A stretch of 64,000 nt of DNA from Geosiphon pyriformis uo1 (Eukaryota; Fungi; Glomeromycota): assembly GCA_016748015.1 (NCBI GenBank), contig JAAOMT010000664.1:70715-134714 (forward strand), read 5' to 3'. Position 1 is the stretch's first letter; each line of letters opens with the position of its first letter. A program made the position numbers and the translations under genes. The notes under the pieces are model-generated. The model saw nothing but the letters and a program-made list of their open reading frames with translations. It searched no databases and was not told the DNA's origin. Shown here in pieces: positions 37,662 to 51,264 of this stretch.

Positions 37662-38297
37662 TTAATATTGAGTTCCATCAAAATCTTTGTTTTGAATTAA
37701 TTCTAGTACTTTTTTTTCAAGTATTGTTTGTTCAACTCTATTTCTCATATCTTCTACCTGTGTATTGTTTATTCTTCCCTATTGGTTAATGGTTATGGTT
37801 TCCATGTTAGAGTGTAACAGTATTTTTGGATAGTTCTGAAATATGTTGTGTAATTAATACATTGTTTTAACATGTAATGTTAAATTTGTTTTCTTTCTGA
37901 TAAATTCTTCAATTTGCTGTATTATGTTTTGGTTGAATATTCTCTTGGATTTATCGATATACAACTCCTGAATATTTAACTTTTAACCTAACTGGTAGTA
38001 TTAATATGATATTAGAAGTTGTTCTGTTCATTGTTTTCAATTTTTTTTTGTAAGCTCTTCTGTTAGTGCCATAATAAATATTTTTCTAAAAGTGTTCTTT
38101 ACTTTTTCTATTAAGTTATCTGTCCAGTTTTTATCATTCTTTGGTGGCTGCTGATATAGTGTATTTTTTGTCTTTCTTTGGGTGTTTTAATAGCAAATTA
38201 TTTGGTTGTTAATAACAATTTTCATGTCTAACTGTTGTTGACTTAAGGCCTGGAACAATTGTTGAGCTATAGTGTGAATATGATTTGGTATTTCCAT
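37662..38297 (-). pseudogene. ORF3 of element B (212 codons)
   Basis: ATG GAA ATA CCA...CAA TAT TAA in frame; homologous to D. Confidence 0.75.
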
Positions 38298-38354
38298 TTT
38301 TCTTGGTTGCTTTTGTCATGTGTACTGTGTCTTTATATACTTTTGATTGTTCAA

Positions 38355-41300
38355 TTTGACGTGTTTGGTTTAATAACTATAATTGGTTTTAGATCTCATG
38401 GAATTTCATCTGATTGAACTAGTATTCTTTGTACTTCCAGTTGTAGAATGTTATCGGTAGATGATGATACTATCTGATAATATGGTTTCAATCAATTACC
38501 ATGTGCTGCTTTGGCTAAGATTTTATTGTTCCATCTTAATTTATAAGCTCTATTTCCTAGAATTTCTTCTATGTGAAATGGTCCGTCCTATTTGGGGTCA
38601 AATTTTCCACTCCATTGTTTTTCCACTTTAGTATGATGTAGAAGTACTTTGTCTTCAATCTTGAATTCAACTGGTTTGTCTAGTAGTTGGTTATCATGTC
38701 TCTTTTTTTGTTTTTCTTGTAACTTTTGTATGTTGTCAGCTGCTTTTTGTCATCTGTTTTCTAGTGTTTCTATTAAGTCATATGTTCTTTTCAACAATGT
38801 TTCTTGAAAATTATCTTCTGTTATTGGTTCAATTGGATATGTATTGACCTCTATCTCAACTGGTAATGTTGTTGTTTTACTGTATACTAATTTAAATAAT
38901 GTTGCTTATGTGGTATCTTGCTTTATTGTCCAATAAGCAAATAATACTGATGATATAAACAAATCTTATTCGTCCTGGTTTTTTTGGCTAATTTTGGCTA
39001 TTGCTTCATATAGTGTTCTGTTGAACTTTTCCACTAACCCATTTGTTTGTAGATAATATGGTGATAATAGTAGTCTTTTTATTCCAAATTTTTGGCTTAA
39101 TTCTGCTAATGTTCTATTTACAAAATGAGTTCCTTGATCTGGATAATAATTTTTTTGGACATCCATGTCAACAGATCAAATCTTAATAAATGAATTTGAC
39201 AATGAATTCTGCATCTGCTCTTTAAATGGCTTTTGCTTCTGGCCATTTAGTGAGATAGTTCATGGCTACTGCAATATATCTGTTGCCTCTGCTGGTAATT
39301 ATTAATGGTCCAACTAAGTCAATTCCAATGTAATCAAATAGTTTTCCCACTTTGATTGGTCTTAACAGTTCACTGAATTTTGTTTCTCCTCTTCTTTGAT
39401 AAGCATCACAATTTTGAACATATTGGATGATGTCTGGATATATTGATGGCCAATAATATTTTTTTCTAGTTTTTTCCATGATTGCTTCTTTATAAAAATG
39501 TCCTGCTGTTGGATCTGAGTACATGTTGAACAATATTGTCTCTTTTTCCAGTTCTGTAATTACTCTTGTTGGTTGGTTTGAAGTTCTTCTGTTTTTCTGG
39601 TAAAGTATATTTTAATGATTGATAAAATATTTTGATTGTTGTTTTATGTTGTTTTGTTCTTTTTGAGATAATTTCTCCTTGAACAATTGGGTATTCATAT
39701 AATGTTGAAGTTGTTGGTATTTTTGTATATTCATCTTTTGTTATATTTTTGAGTTGAAATGTTTTTAGATTTGTCTCATTCGTGACAAACCGTCAGCATT
39801 TTTATTGTCTTTTCCTTTTTTATAATATACTGTATAATTGAATAGTGAAAGTTCTATTTTCCATCTGACATAGCAGTTGTCTCCAAATTCTTACTTTTGG
39901 ATTGAAGTCAATCCTTTGTGATCCGTATATATTTCAAACTTTTGGCTCAAGTATTTTTTCTATTTCATGATTGTCCAATAGATTGCTAAGTGTTTTAATG
40001 CTGGTGTTTTATAGTTCTTTTCAGCTGGACTTAAGCTTCTACTGGTGTAAGTTACTGGATGTTCTCTTCCATCTGGTTCTTTTTGTGATAGTACTGCTCC
40101 CAATGCTTGGTCTGATACATCAGTGGTGATTATGAATGGTTTGTTGTGATCTGAATACATTAATACTGGAGCTTGGATAAGCTTTCTTTTTAATGTGTCA
40201 AACACTTTTTGTTGAGCTTTAGTCTATTTATACTTCACATTTTTGGTTTGTAAATAATAGAATAGCTGAGCTAGTTTAGAAAAGTCTTTGATAAAGTGGT
40301 GATAATAGTCTGCAAATTCCAAAAATGCTCTTAGTTCTGGCAAGTTTGTTGGTATTGAAAAGTTTTTTACTATTGTAATCTTATCTGAATCTGTCTTGAT
40401 ATCATTTTTGCTCACTATATGTCCCAAAAATTTGAGTTCGGTTTTTCCAAAGAAACATTTGGTTGCATTTAGCTTTAATCTGGCTCTTCTTAGTTTTTCG
40501 AACACTTGTTGGAGATGATGCAGATGATCATTGAATGTTTTTGAGAACATATTGGTGTTATCTAAGTATATGACTACTGATTTCTATAGTAGTCCAGTAT
40601 ATACAATTTCTATAAGTCATTGGAAAATGGCTGGTGCATTCATTAAGCCGAATAGCATTACTTCAAATTCAAAGTTTCCTTCTCGAATTGTGAAAGCTGT
40701 TTTCTCTTTGTCTTCTAGTTTCATAGCTACTTACCAGTAATTACTGTTTAAGTCTAGTGTCAAGAACCATTTATTTTCTCCAAAAGTGTTGAACAGCTCT
40801 TGAATCTTGGGTGTTGGATAGTTATCACCTTTGATTACTCTATTCAGTTTCTAATAATCCATGCAAAAGCAGATTTTCCCATTTTTTTTCTGGACTAGTA
40901 CCATTGGTAATGACCATGGACTCATTGATAGCTGAATTAACTTATTGTTAAGCATCTGATTAATTTCTTGATGAATAATCTCATGACTAGCTGGTAGTAC
41001 TCTGTATGCTCTTTGTTTTATTGGCATTGCATCCCCAGTCTTGATTTGGTGCTAGATAATATTGATGCAGCCAAATTCATTTTCACTTGCAAAGATGTCA
41101 TTGAAATTGTTGAGTAACATCTTTAGCTGCATTTGTTGGAGTGGGTCTAGATTCCCCATGTTTATCTGTTCCAATTGTTCTGGTTAGAATAGATAACATT
41201 TGCTTCATCTGTAAATAGTTTATGATGTGATGTCTACATATCTGCAAAGCTGTGGAAAATTTGGAATGTGGTTTGGTGGTTGATCTTCAACTTTGGTGGT

Positions 41301-44300
41301 TAAATATCCAATGATAGTTCTTTTTGGTATTTCAATGACATTTCCTGTTGTGTTGTAGATGAAAATTTTGATATTTTTGGGGCTTTTGGCTGATATGTAG
41401 AGATTAGTGAGTCCAATCTCTCTTAATTTGCAAATAGTGGCTTCTGTTTCAAACAACTGAGCTTGATTCTTTACTTCTCTTTTTATGGTTAACATATATT
41501 GATCATATGGTGGAATGGAAATTGTTTGACAGGTTGAGATAATTTCTTCTTTGTCAATAACTTCTTCTTCTGTCATATTAATTGGTATGTCTATTCTATC
41601 TGTTGATCTGAATCCCTGTATCCTTCTAGCTGTAATCCCTAGTTCTTTCCTGTTTCCCACTGAGACTAATTGAGCTATTTTTATCAAAGGTAGAAATATT
41701 GTCTATGCTATCTTTTCATTTGGATCTATAGTATATGCTTTTTCTGAGTCATTTTGTAGCATAGCAATGATATTTCTTATGTATTCTGCATCAATTATTT
41801 TTTCTCTGATCCCTTTTTTTGTTAAACTACTTCTGGATGCTAGTTGAACCATTATTGTTGCTAGAATTTCTAGTGCTATTTTCAGATCAATGCAAGTGCA
41901 CAAATGTGGTTCCAATTTGATGGGATCTTTCCCTGAATATCTCAGATCAAACCCTGTATCAATATTATGCACATATTTAGACATAATACCTTTGTTATTT
42001 TCACTAAACCATTTCAGTTCTTGTTCCTTGGTGAGATCAGGCAGTGTAATATATGCTTTGGGGTTTGAATTGGAGTCCAAATCATTGTTATTTTTGTTGC
42101 CATATTGAGTGGAACTGGAACCATTGTTTTTATCGTCATCATTGTCAAAGTTTGAATCAGGATTGAAAGTTGATTCTGATTCTAATGCACAATTGCTGAT
42201 TGGTTCTTCCTTTTCTGAGATCATGTAGATCATGTGTGGTGGTGGATTGTAAATGAGGTCACACTTATTACAATATTAGAAGTCACATGGAATTAGGCAA
42301 TGTTGACACAGTCGAGTGTTTAATTGCTCTAAGCATTGCTCTTGTTCTTCTCTTGTGGGCACTAATCACTGATAATGTTTATGGAATTCTTCCAGGTCAT
42401 TCTTAATGTTGCCAAAGACATTGAAAGTTTGGATGTATTCAGGTTCAGAAAGAGATAGAGGATTGTTTTTGATTTTCAGTAGTTTGCTGGTTGTTGCGCC
42501 TTCTGTTTTTGTGTATGCCATTCTTCAGAGTTCATGTTTGTCATAGAGATATCCTTCCAATTGTCATAATGCTTTTTTCCAGGCATTATTAATTGGTGTT
42601 CTCTTGAATACTCAGTTGTTGATTAGGATCATATACTAATACATCTCATCATACTTTCCTCCACGTCCAGAAATGTTATTTCACATTTCTTTGTTAGGTA
42701 AAATAGTTCCACAGACAAGACACAGTTCATTGTCTTATTTTTTTTGCTATTTTGGTTGTCCAAAGCATTCTATAACACATGGGTGACAGTAAAACTTGGT
42801 TGCCATTTGATATTTCTCATCGTCATCACAACATGTGCCCATTGATGACAATTTCTTGTCACAATTGATACATATGAGTTTTGGTCGATAATAGGTAGAT
42901 TGTTAAGGTGTAGTGTAGGTGTAATAATTATAAGTGGTGCTAATAGATGTTGTTCCTTTTTTCTTTTTCTTTTCCCTTGTCAGTCTTTTCCCACTCCCAA
43001 GTTGATGAGTTGTCTTGGTTATTATCAGTTTTCTAGGCTTGGTTGGTATTCCAAGTAAGTTCTTCCTTTTGCTTTTCTTTGTTGTTGTCATCCCAGGAGA
43101 GTATCAGCAGCAACTTGTTGTGGTCTTTGTCAGTCCAGAACACTTAATAGGCTTCTCAGATAGGTTTCTTCTCTTCTTCCTCAAATTCAATAAGAGGTGC
43201 TGATATGTTAAAGGTTTTGAAATGGCCACACGTGGCTGGTATTCATGTGTGTTAACCATTCTGGCTGAGTTGGAGTTCCTGCATCATCCAGTTAAGTATG
43301 GCATTGGTTTTAGCTAACCAGTCATTTCTTATCAATGTATGATATTGAGTTGCTTTTATCACTAAGACTTTGATGAGAATGATGATGCTATTGACTTCAA
43401 AAGAAAAGTCATCAATTTCACCAATAGGAATTTTAGTTGCCCCATCAGCAGTGATTATGCAAGTGCTAGCAGCACGATCAACTCAGCAACCTAATTGGTC
43501 CATGAGTTGTCATGTAATGATGCTCCCAGCTGATCCACTGTCTAGTATCAGCTTAATGACATAACTATCAACCTTTACATCAGTGTACATAGCAGTAATC
43601 AGTTTGGTGTCAAGAACAGCTCTACTAAATAATAGGACTATTGTGGTTACCTCAAGTTCAAAAGGAAAAATAGCTGCTAAAGATTTGTCATGAGAGATGG
43701 TTGCTGGTGGAATATTACTAGTAAGTAACTGTTTTTGACTGGATTCTGGGTTGTTAAATGTGGCATCTTCTGGGGTAACCAGGAGACTTAAATAGAATTG
43801 AAAATTTGGATTTTGGGTGTACCCAATGCCCAAATTCTATTGTCAAAATCCCAATTGTTGCATTGAAGAACTGAGGATCAATTGATGGACTACTATTGAC
43901 AATCTCCAGCTTTGTTGTGTCAGTTTCAGCCTTTGAATTCTGTTTTGAGGTAAGTTCTATGGCAGTGTTTGAATTAGTTGGGGCTAATAAATTACTTAAG
44001 GTTGTAACTGATAAATAGGTTGAGACTGTAGTTGATAAATGACAGAATTTGTTGGCTGATAAGTTGGTGGTTGATAGATTGGCTGTTGTATCATAGGTAG
44101 GTAATTCAGTTAATATGGTGCCAGGTTGGGTTGATAATTTGGAGCTTAAAACCAGCAATTGGGGTTTCGATATTGATTTCCCAATCGTGAGTTATTATTA
44201 TAAAATCAGCAGTCGGTTCTAATGTGTCCTTGTTTACCACAGTTATGGCAGACACGTGTTTCTTGTTACTATGGCTGATTTAATGATGGACACAACTGAT

Positions 44301-45876
44301 TTTGGAAATGATTTGTGTTTCCTGGATTATTGCGCCATTGTGGTGATTGATAAATTGCATGATTGTTAGCTAAGTATCTTTCCAATTTCTGATTAATTGA
44401 TTCACTAAGTTGTTTTAATTTGGAATCCAAGTTAAATGATTCATTTATGACTAGGTTAATAGCTTGGGCATGGTTTGCTTCAAGTTCTGCCAATTCAAAA
44501 TCTCTTATATTGGTAACTGCATTTTGAGGAGTTTGTGGGTGCATTAGGCATATGCGTTGAAGAAGACTACTGTGCAGTCCACAGATGAACTGGTTTAGAA
44601 TCTGTGGCACTGTAAAATAATCAGCCTGAATTGCTTGAATTTGGCACAAGTTTCTGTAGAAGCATTCCAAGTAAGTGGTAACTGCTTCAGTTTTTCTTTG
44701 TTTAATTGTAGTAAAAGCATTGACCAGATGATTAATGCTGTTATTATTACTGAAATATCCCAAAAATGCAGTTTTAAATTTCTGGAATGTTTGAGGTTTA
44801 ATGGCTAGACTTTGATACCATGAATTGGCAGTATCTTGTAGAAAATAGGGAATCACTTGAAGGGCTCTGTTGTCGTTTCACCCATTGGCTATGATGGCTT
44901 TTTCCACATAATTAAGCCATACTTGGGTGTCATCTTTTTCACCAGTAAATTTCTCTATTTTAGCAATTGAAGTGTAAGCCATTGGTTGTTGTTGTGGTTG
45001 CTGCTGGATTTGTTGTTGGGGTAGCAGTTGTGACTGTTGTTGCTGTTTGGCAATTGGTAGAGCTGGTGGTGAATTAATCACAATTACTGGAGGTAAGTGT
45101 TGGTTAATTATGTTAGAGTTTTGATTGTTCTGATTTTTCAGAGTTTGATTAACCAGAGTTTTAATTTCTGAATTTTCTAGAATCAAGTTTTGCTTGTTAA
45201 CTTCCTAATTGCTACTTTTTTCTTTCTCAGAGTCAGTTATTTCCCAAGGACTAACAGCTCTGAAATCTGGTTGTGGTGGTGGTGATCGAATTCTTGATGG
45301 TGTTAGGGATTATAATTTAAATCTTTCGAAAAAATTGCTATATGTTCCTAATAACTCTGCTTTCTTTTGTTTACTTTGAAATGAGATTTTGTTTAGCAGT
45401 GTTGTCATGCTTGCTGTAGCTGTGCTTATTATATTGATAGTGCTTTTAGGTGTGTGATAATATGATGGATTAGCAGATAAATCAAATCTTTGTTTCTTCC
45501 AAGTGGGTAGTTGGATTTGTTTTGGTGTTCCTGCTGGTGTTTGTAACTTTCCTTTTCCTTTGTTGGCAAAAGTAATAGGAAATTTCTGTTTGGTGTATTT
45601 TTTAATTTCCTTGTTTATTTCTGTAATTAGAGGTGCAAATAAGTAGTTTTATGAAAAAGTGGTGCTTTGGAGCAATTCACTGAAGAAGTTGTTAAAGGTA
45701 GATTCTGGATCTCTTTGGTCTCTTAAATAGTATACAATTCTCTCATTGACATACCAATTGAAAGCTGATTCTGTTGGCCAACTATTATTTGTTAATCTGA
45801 AATGAGTATAATAATATTAAAATAAAGATTTTGCAAATCCCAAGTGGTTTGTTCCTATTTTTTCAGATTCTGCCAC
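38355..45876 (-). pseudogene. gag-pol: degenerate gag-pol of element B (gag ~45876-43800, PR ~43600-43230, Cys-rich ~42900-42240, dUTPase ~42010-41600, RT ~40930-40200, RH ~40200-39770, IN ~39735-38355)
   Basis: LILDSGSAGS, DTGFDLRY, ASRSSL, TDVSDQALGAVLSQ, SDPTAGHF..C..Q, IGIDLVGPL, NGLVEKFNRTL. Confidence 0.92.
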
Positions 45877-45919
45877 TGTTTGGATGGAGTTGTTGGTGCT
45901 GGTTCTCTGTAAAATTATA

Positions 45920-45936
45920 TCTCACAGAAAGCACCA
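45920..45936 (-). promoter_or_regulatory. PBS of element B
   Basis: TGGTGCTTTCTGTGAGA 2 nt after the LTR, a transition-mutated version of the X PBS. Confidence 0.75.
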
Positions 45937-45938
45937 AA

Positions 45939-46773
45939 TGTTACAGATAATTATTTGAGTCTCAAAGCAAATAACAAATCTGTAACTTGGTGCTTAATTA
46001 GTATTTTGGTGTAAATATCTGAAGGTTTTATTGATCTGAAGGTTTGTTGTAGAGTTCTTTGTATAATAAACAAAGATTTAGCAATTGTTTTCAGTAGCCT
46101 CCCAGAATTACAATTCCATTGAATTTCTTTCTTAGTGTGGTGGCTGGTAATCCTCCTAGTAAGCTATCCTCAAATCTATGAGTGTTCTACTTTTGTTTCA
46201 CAGGTTTTTTACCAGTCACTATGATGTCTGTATCTCAGCACTTAATCCTTAATCAATTTAGTAAAATCACAGAAATAACAAAAAAAATAAAATAAAAAAA
46301 GATAAAGAAATAACAAAAGCAATTGCAAGTTAGTATCCTGCCAATAGCCATGATCAAGAGCTATTATTCCAGTGTGGTTAAGTATCAATTACTATCAACA
46401 TAAAGTGTTGATAGTAGGAGTAGATTTAAGATAGAAAATAATTATTTATTAATATTTGTAGATGGGAAGGTTACTTAGATAAAATCTAAACTGAGAGGTC
46501 TGTTTTTTCTACTTCTAATACTATCACTATATATACATAATTTGGGTTCTATGAGATTGCTTACATTCTTGAGTGATATGCTATAATTTCTCAAACAATG
46601 TTCACATTGCTTAGCAATGTGCCATATTTTTTTAACATTGTTCCACATTGCTGAGCAATATGCCATGATTTCTAATATTGTTCCATATTGCTAAGCAATA
46701 TGCTTATGTGCTAACTATTACTTTCTTATTGGCCTACTATTTTTCTATATCTGTTTTCTTTTTATGAGTAATA
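45939..46773 (-). repeat. 5' LTR of element B (CACATTGC-palindrome U3 type)
   Basis: TGTTAC...GTAATA termini, followed by TSD CCAC. Confidence 0.92.
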
Positions 46774-47167
46774 CCACTCACTCAGCAAATCTTTGACAAC
46801 TAGTAATAAATTTCTAAGCACTATTAATAGCTGCACCAAAAACCAGAGAAGGAGATGCTTTAGTTTCTATTTGGTCAGCCCAATTCTTAAAAACAAATAA
46901 CACCACAGAAAATGTTTGTTTTACTTCTAAAACTGGCAATAATCTGCCAGAAGACACCACATTTGGCAACACAGCTAGTGGTTGATCTTGGCTCATTTTG
47001 GATAATATGCTGAATGATACAACAGAGATCTTATTCGAGATTTCATTTGAAACCACAAAAAAGTTTGGTGTAACAATAGCAAAAGCAAGTGACTGTCCCC
47101 ATTTTTCTGAACTTTTGGTTTTTTTAATCATTTTCTTTGAAAAGAAGGTGCTAAAAATACCAGACAT
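46774..47167 (-). mobile_element. upstream segment of the HAL1-like ORF1 element (joins 27320 across B; cut again by C)
   Basis: ORF 46814-47167 lies directly between the B TSD and the C LTR, and the TSD makes it contiguous with 27320. Confidence 0.75.
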
Positions 47168-50100
47168 TATTATAGATAATTATTTGGGATCTCAAATCAA
47201 ATAACAAATCTGTAACTTGGTGTTAATAGCTAAAATGATGAGAATATTTGAAAGTTTTTTTGTATCTGAAGGTTTTTGTGAAGTTCTTTGTATAATGAAC
47301 AGAAATTCAATAGTTGTTTTATTAATAGCTTCCCAGAATTGCAATTCTATCAAATTTTTTTCTCAGCATAGTGGCCAGTAATCCTCCTAATAAGTTATCT
47401 TTAAATTTATAAATTCTCTATCCTTGTTTCATGGATTTTTTACCAGTTTCTATGATGTCTGTAACTTAGCATTTTTACTCCTAAATCAATTAGTAAAACA
47501 AAACAAGAAAATAACAAGCAAAATAAAATAAAAAATAAAAAATAAAAAAATAAGCCAAGGCAATAAATGTTAGTATCCTGTTAATAGCCATGATCAAGAG
47601 CTATTGTTCCAGCATGATTAAGTATCAGCAACTATCAACATAAAGTGTTAATAATGGAGGATAAATTAAGATAGCAAATAATTATTTATTAATATTTGTG
47701 ATGTAAAAGGTTGCTTAGATTAAATCTAAACTAAGAGTTCTGTTTTTTTTACTTCTAATACTATTGCTATATATACATAATTGAAATTTCTCAATTCCTC
47801 AATTCTTTACACCAGAAATCCTGGAATTCTTGAAATCTTGCAATTCCTTTAAGAAAAATCTTGGAATTTTGAAATTCTGCAATTTCTTATATGAGAATCC
47901 TGAAATTCCTGAAATCCTGCAATTTTTCTGAAAGGAATTCTGAAATTTCACATTTACTATATCTACTTCTGATTGGCTAATTTATATGTTAATATATTTT
48001 TTATATTCTAAGAATAACATTATTTTCTCCTTTTAATATTGAGCTCTGTCAAGATCTCCTAATTCTAACTCTCCATTCTTAAGTATTTTTTGAACTTTTT
48101 TTTCGAAAATTACTTGTGTTATCTTGTTTTGTAATTCTTCAAATTGAGCATTGATTATTTTTTCCATTTAATTAATGGTAATAGAGTCCATTGCTAGATT
48201 GAGTAAAATTTCTAGTCGGTCTTGAAATCCAACTTGTAATTAATAGATGGCTTATACTTGTGTGGTTAGATTGTTCTTTTCCACAAATTGTCCAAGTTGT
48301 TGTAATATTTCTGGATTGAATAATCACTTTGTCTTATCTATATATAAGTTTTGAATATTCAGATGTTGTTCTAAGTGAAAATAACAAAAGTTTCTTGGAA
48401 ATTTTTGTATCCACCAATTCCAAGTTTCTTTGGTTAATTTTTAATATAGAGTAATTTTTGTTGGCTCTTCTATTGCCAATTTTATTTTTAGAATTATTTT
48501 GTTAATAGTGTTTTCTGGTTTCTTTTGTACTTTGTATTGGAGTATCTTTCTGGTATCTTTGTATTGAATGGTTTGTTAATTGATAGTAATTTCCATATTC
48601 TGTTGTTGAATTAATTGAAAGAGTTGTTGTACTAATGAGTAAATATTGTTGGTAATTTCTATTTTTCTAATATCTTCTGTCACATCTATTATGTTTTTAT
48701 ATTCTTTTAATTGTTCAATTTAATGTGTTGGTGTTGATAATAATGATTAGTTCTAGATCTGGTGAAATCTCATCTGGTTAAACTAGTATTCTCTGTGCTC
48801 CTAATTGTGGAATATTACTAGTAGATGATGATATTATATGGTAATATAGTTTCAGTCAATTATCATATACTGCTTTGATTAAGATTTTGTTGTTCAACCT
48901 TAGTTTATATGCTCCATTTCCTAGAATTTCTTTTATGTGAAATAGTCCATTCTATTTGGAGTCAAATTTTCTACTCCATTGTTTTTTCACTTTGGTATGA
49001 TGTAAAAGTACTTTGTTTTCAATCTTGAATTCAATTGGTTTATCTGGTAGTTGGTTATTGTGTCTTTCTTTTTGTTTTTCTTGTAATCTCTGAATATTAT
49101 CAGCTGCTTTTCACTATTTGTTTTCTAATATTTCTATTAAGTTATATGTTTTTCTTAACAATGTTCTTTGGAAATTTTTTTCTGTTATTGGTTCTGTTAG
49201 ATATGTTTTGACTTCTATCTTAACTGGTAATGTTGCTGTTTTACCATATAATAATTCAAATAGTGTTGCTTGTATAGTGTCTTGTTTTATTGTTTAGTAA
49301 GCAAATAATACTGATGATATAAACAAATCCCATTCATCTTGATTTTCTTGACTAATTTTAACAATTGCTTTATACAATGTTTTGTTAAACTTTTCAATTA
49401 ACCCATTTGTTTGTGGGTGGTATGATAATAATAATGGTCTTTTTATTCCAAATCTTTGGCTTAATTCTGCCAATATTCTGTTTACAAAGTGAGTTTCTTG
49501 GTCTGATAATAGTTCTTTTGGACATTTGTGTCAACAAATCAAATTTTGATAAATGAATTTGGCAACGAGTTTTATATCTGCTCTTTGAATTGTTTTTGCT
49601 TCTGGCCATTTAGTAAGATAATTCATAACTACTGCAATATATCTGTTTTCTTTGCTGGTTATTGTTAATGATTCAACTAAGTCAATCCCAATATGATCAA
49701 ATAGTTGTCTCACTTTGATTGGCTTTAATGGTTCACTGGGTTTTGTTCTTTCTCTTTTCTAACAAGCATTACAATTTTGCATATATTGAATGATGTCTGG
49801 ATACATAGATGGCCAATAGTATCTTTTTCTGATTCTTTCTATGGTTGCTTCTTTGTAAAAATGTTCTGCTGTTGAATCAGAGTGCATGTTAAATAATATT
49901 GTTTCTTTTTCTGGTTCTGTGATTACTCTGGTTGGTTGATCTAGATTTTTTCTGTTTTTCTGATAAAGTATATCTTAGTAAGTAATAAAATGTTTAGATT
50001 GTTGTTTAATATGGCTTTGTTTTTTTAGAAATAATTTTTCCTTAAACTGCTAAGTATTAATATAGTGTTAGAATTGTTGATATTTTTGGATATTTATTTT

Positions 50101-51264
50101 TTGTTATATTTTTGAGTTGAAATGTTTTTAGATTTGTCTCATTCATAACAGACCATTGGCATTTCTATTTTTTTTTTTTTTTATAATGTATTGTATAATT
50201 AAATGGTAAAAGTTCTATTTTTTATTTAGCATGATGATCATTTTCAAATTTTTGCTTCTGAATTGAAGTCAATCTTTTATGGACAGTGTATATGTTGAAT
50301 TTCTGGTTTAAGTATTTTTTCTATTTCATGACTGTTCAATAGATTGCTAAGTGTTCTATAGTTTTTTTCAGCTGGACTTAAGTTGTGACTAGCATATACT
50401 ACTGGATGTTCTCTTTCATTTGGTCTTTTCTAAGATAGTACAGCTCCTAATGCTTGTCCTGATGCATCAGTTGTGATTATAAATGGCTTGCTATAATCTG
50501 AATAAATCAGTACTAGAGCTTAAATAAGCTTTCTTCTTAATGTATCAAAAGCTTTTTGTTGAGTTTTTATCTATTCATATTTGGTGTTCTTTGTTTGGAG
50601 CTAGTGTAATAACTGAATCTGTTTGGAAAAATCTTTAATAAAGTGTTAGTAGTAACCCACAAATTTCAAGAATGCTTGTAATTCAGTCAAGTTGGTGGGT
50701 ATTGGAAAGTTCTTAACTATCTTGATTTTGTTTGAATCTGTTTTGATTCTATTTTTGTTTATGACATGTCCCAAAAACTTGAGTTCAGTTTTCCCAAAAA
50801 AACACTTGGTTGCATTTAATTTTAATCTGGTTTTTCTTAATCTTTCAAATACTTGTTAAAGATGATGCAAATGATCATCAAATGTCTTAGAAAACACATT
50901 GGTGTTATCCAAATATATGACTACTAATTTCCATAGCAGTCTGGTATAAACAATTTTCATGAGCTGTTAAAATATTGCTGGAGCATTCATTAAGCCAAAT
51001 AGCATTATTTCAAACTCAAAATTTTTTTTTCAAGTTGTAAACATTATTTTTTTCTTATCTTCTGGTTTCATGGTTACTTGTTAATAACCACTGTTTAAGT
51101 CTAAAGTTGAGAACCATTTCTTTCCTTCAAAAGTATTGAAAAGTTTTTGGATCTTTAGAGTTGGGTAACTATTTTCTTTTGTTATTCCATTAAGTTTTTG
51201 GTAATCCACACAAAAATAAATTTTTTTATTCTTCTTATGAATTAATATCATTAGTAATAATTAT
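47168..51264 (-). mobile_element. Ty3/gypsy element C, 3' part (3' LTR 47168-48019, PPT, ORF3 48033-48662, IN, RH, RT); most degraded copy; interrupted in RT by D
   Basis: degenerate terminus TATTATAG (=TGTTACAG), PPT AAAAGGAGAAAATAA, IN fragment 49531-49713; sequence aligns with B/D/E. Confidence 0.9.

Larger units (their letters stand above)
27321..46773 (-). mobile_element. full-length Ty3/gypsy element B (contains nested element A in its 3' LTR)
   Basis: 5' LTR 45939-46773; 3' LTR 27321-28090 plus 37576-37648; TSD CCAC at 27317-27320 and 46774-46777; PBS 45920-45936; PPT ~37649-37664; gag-PR-Cys-dUT-RT-RH-IN-ORF3. Confidence 0.95.

Noticed and set aside
46550-46705. CRISPR-like array of palindromic repeats
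   Set aside because: spacers are similar to each other rather than unique, the array lies inside an LTR U3 and recurs in every LTR of that subfamily, and there are no cas genes
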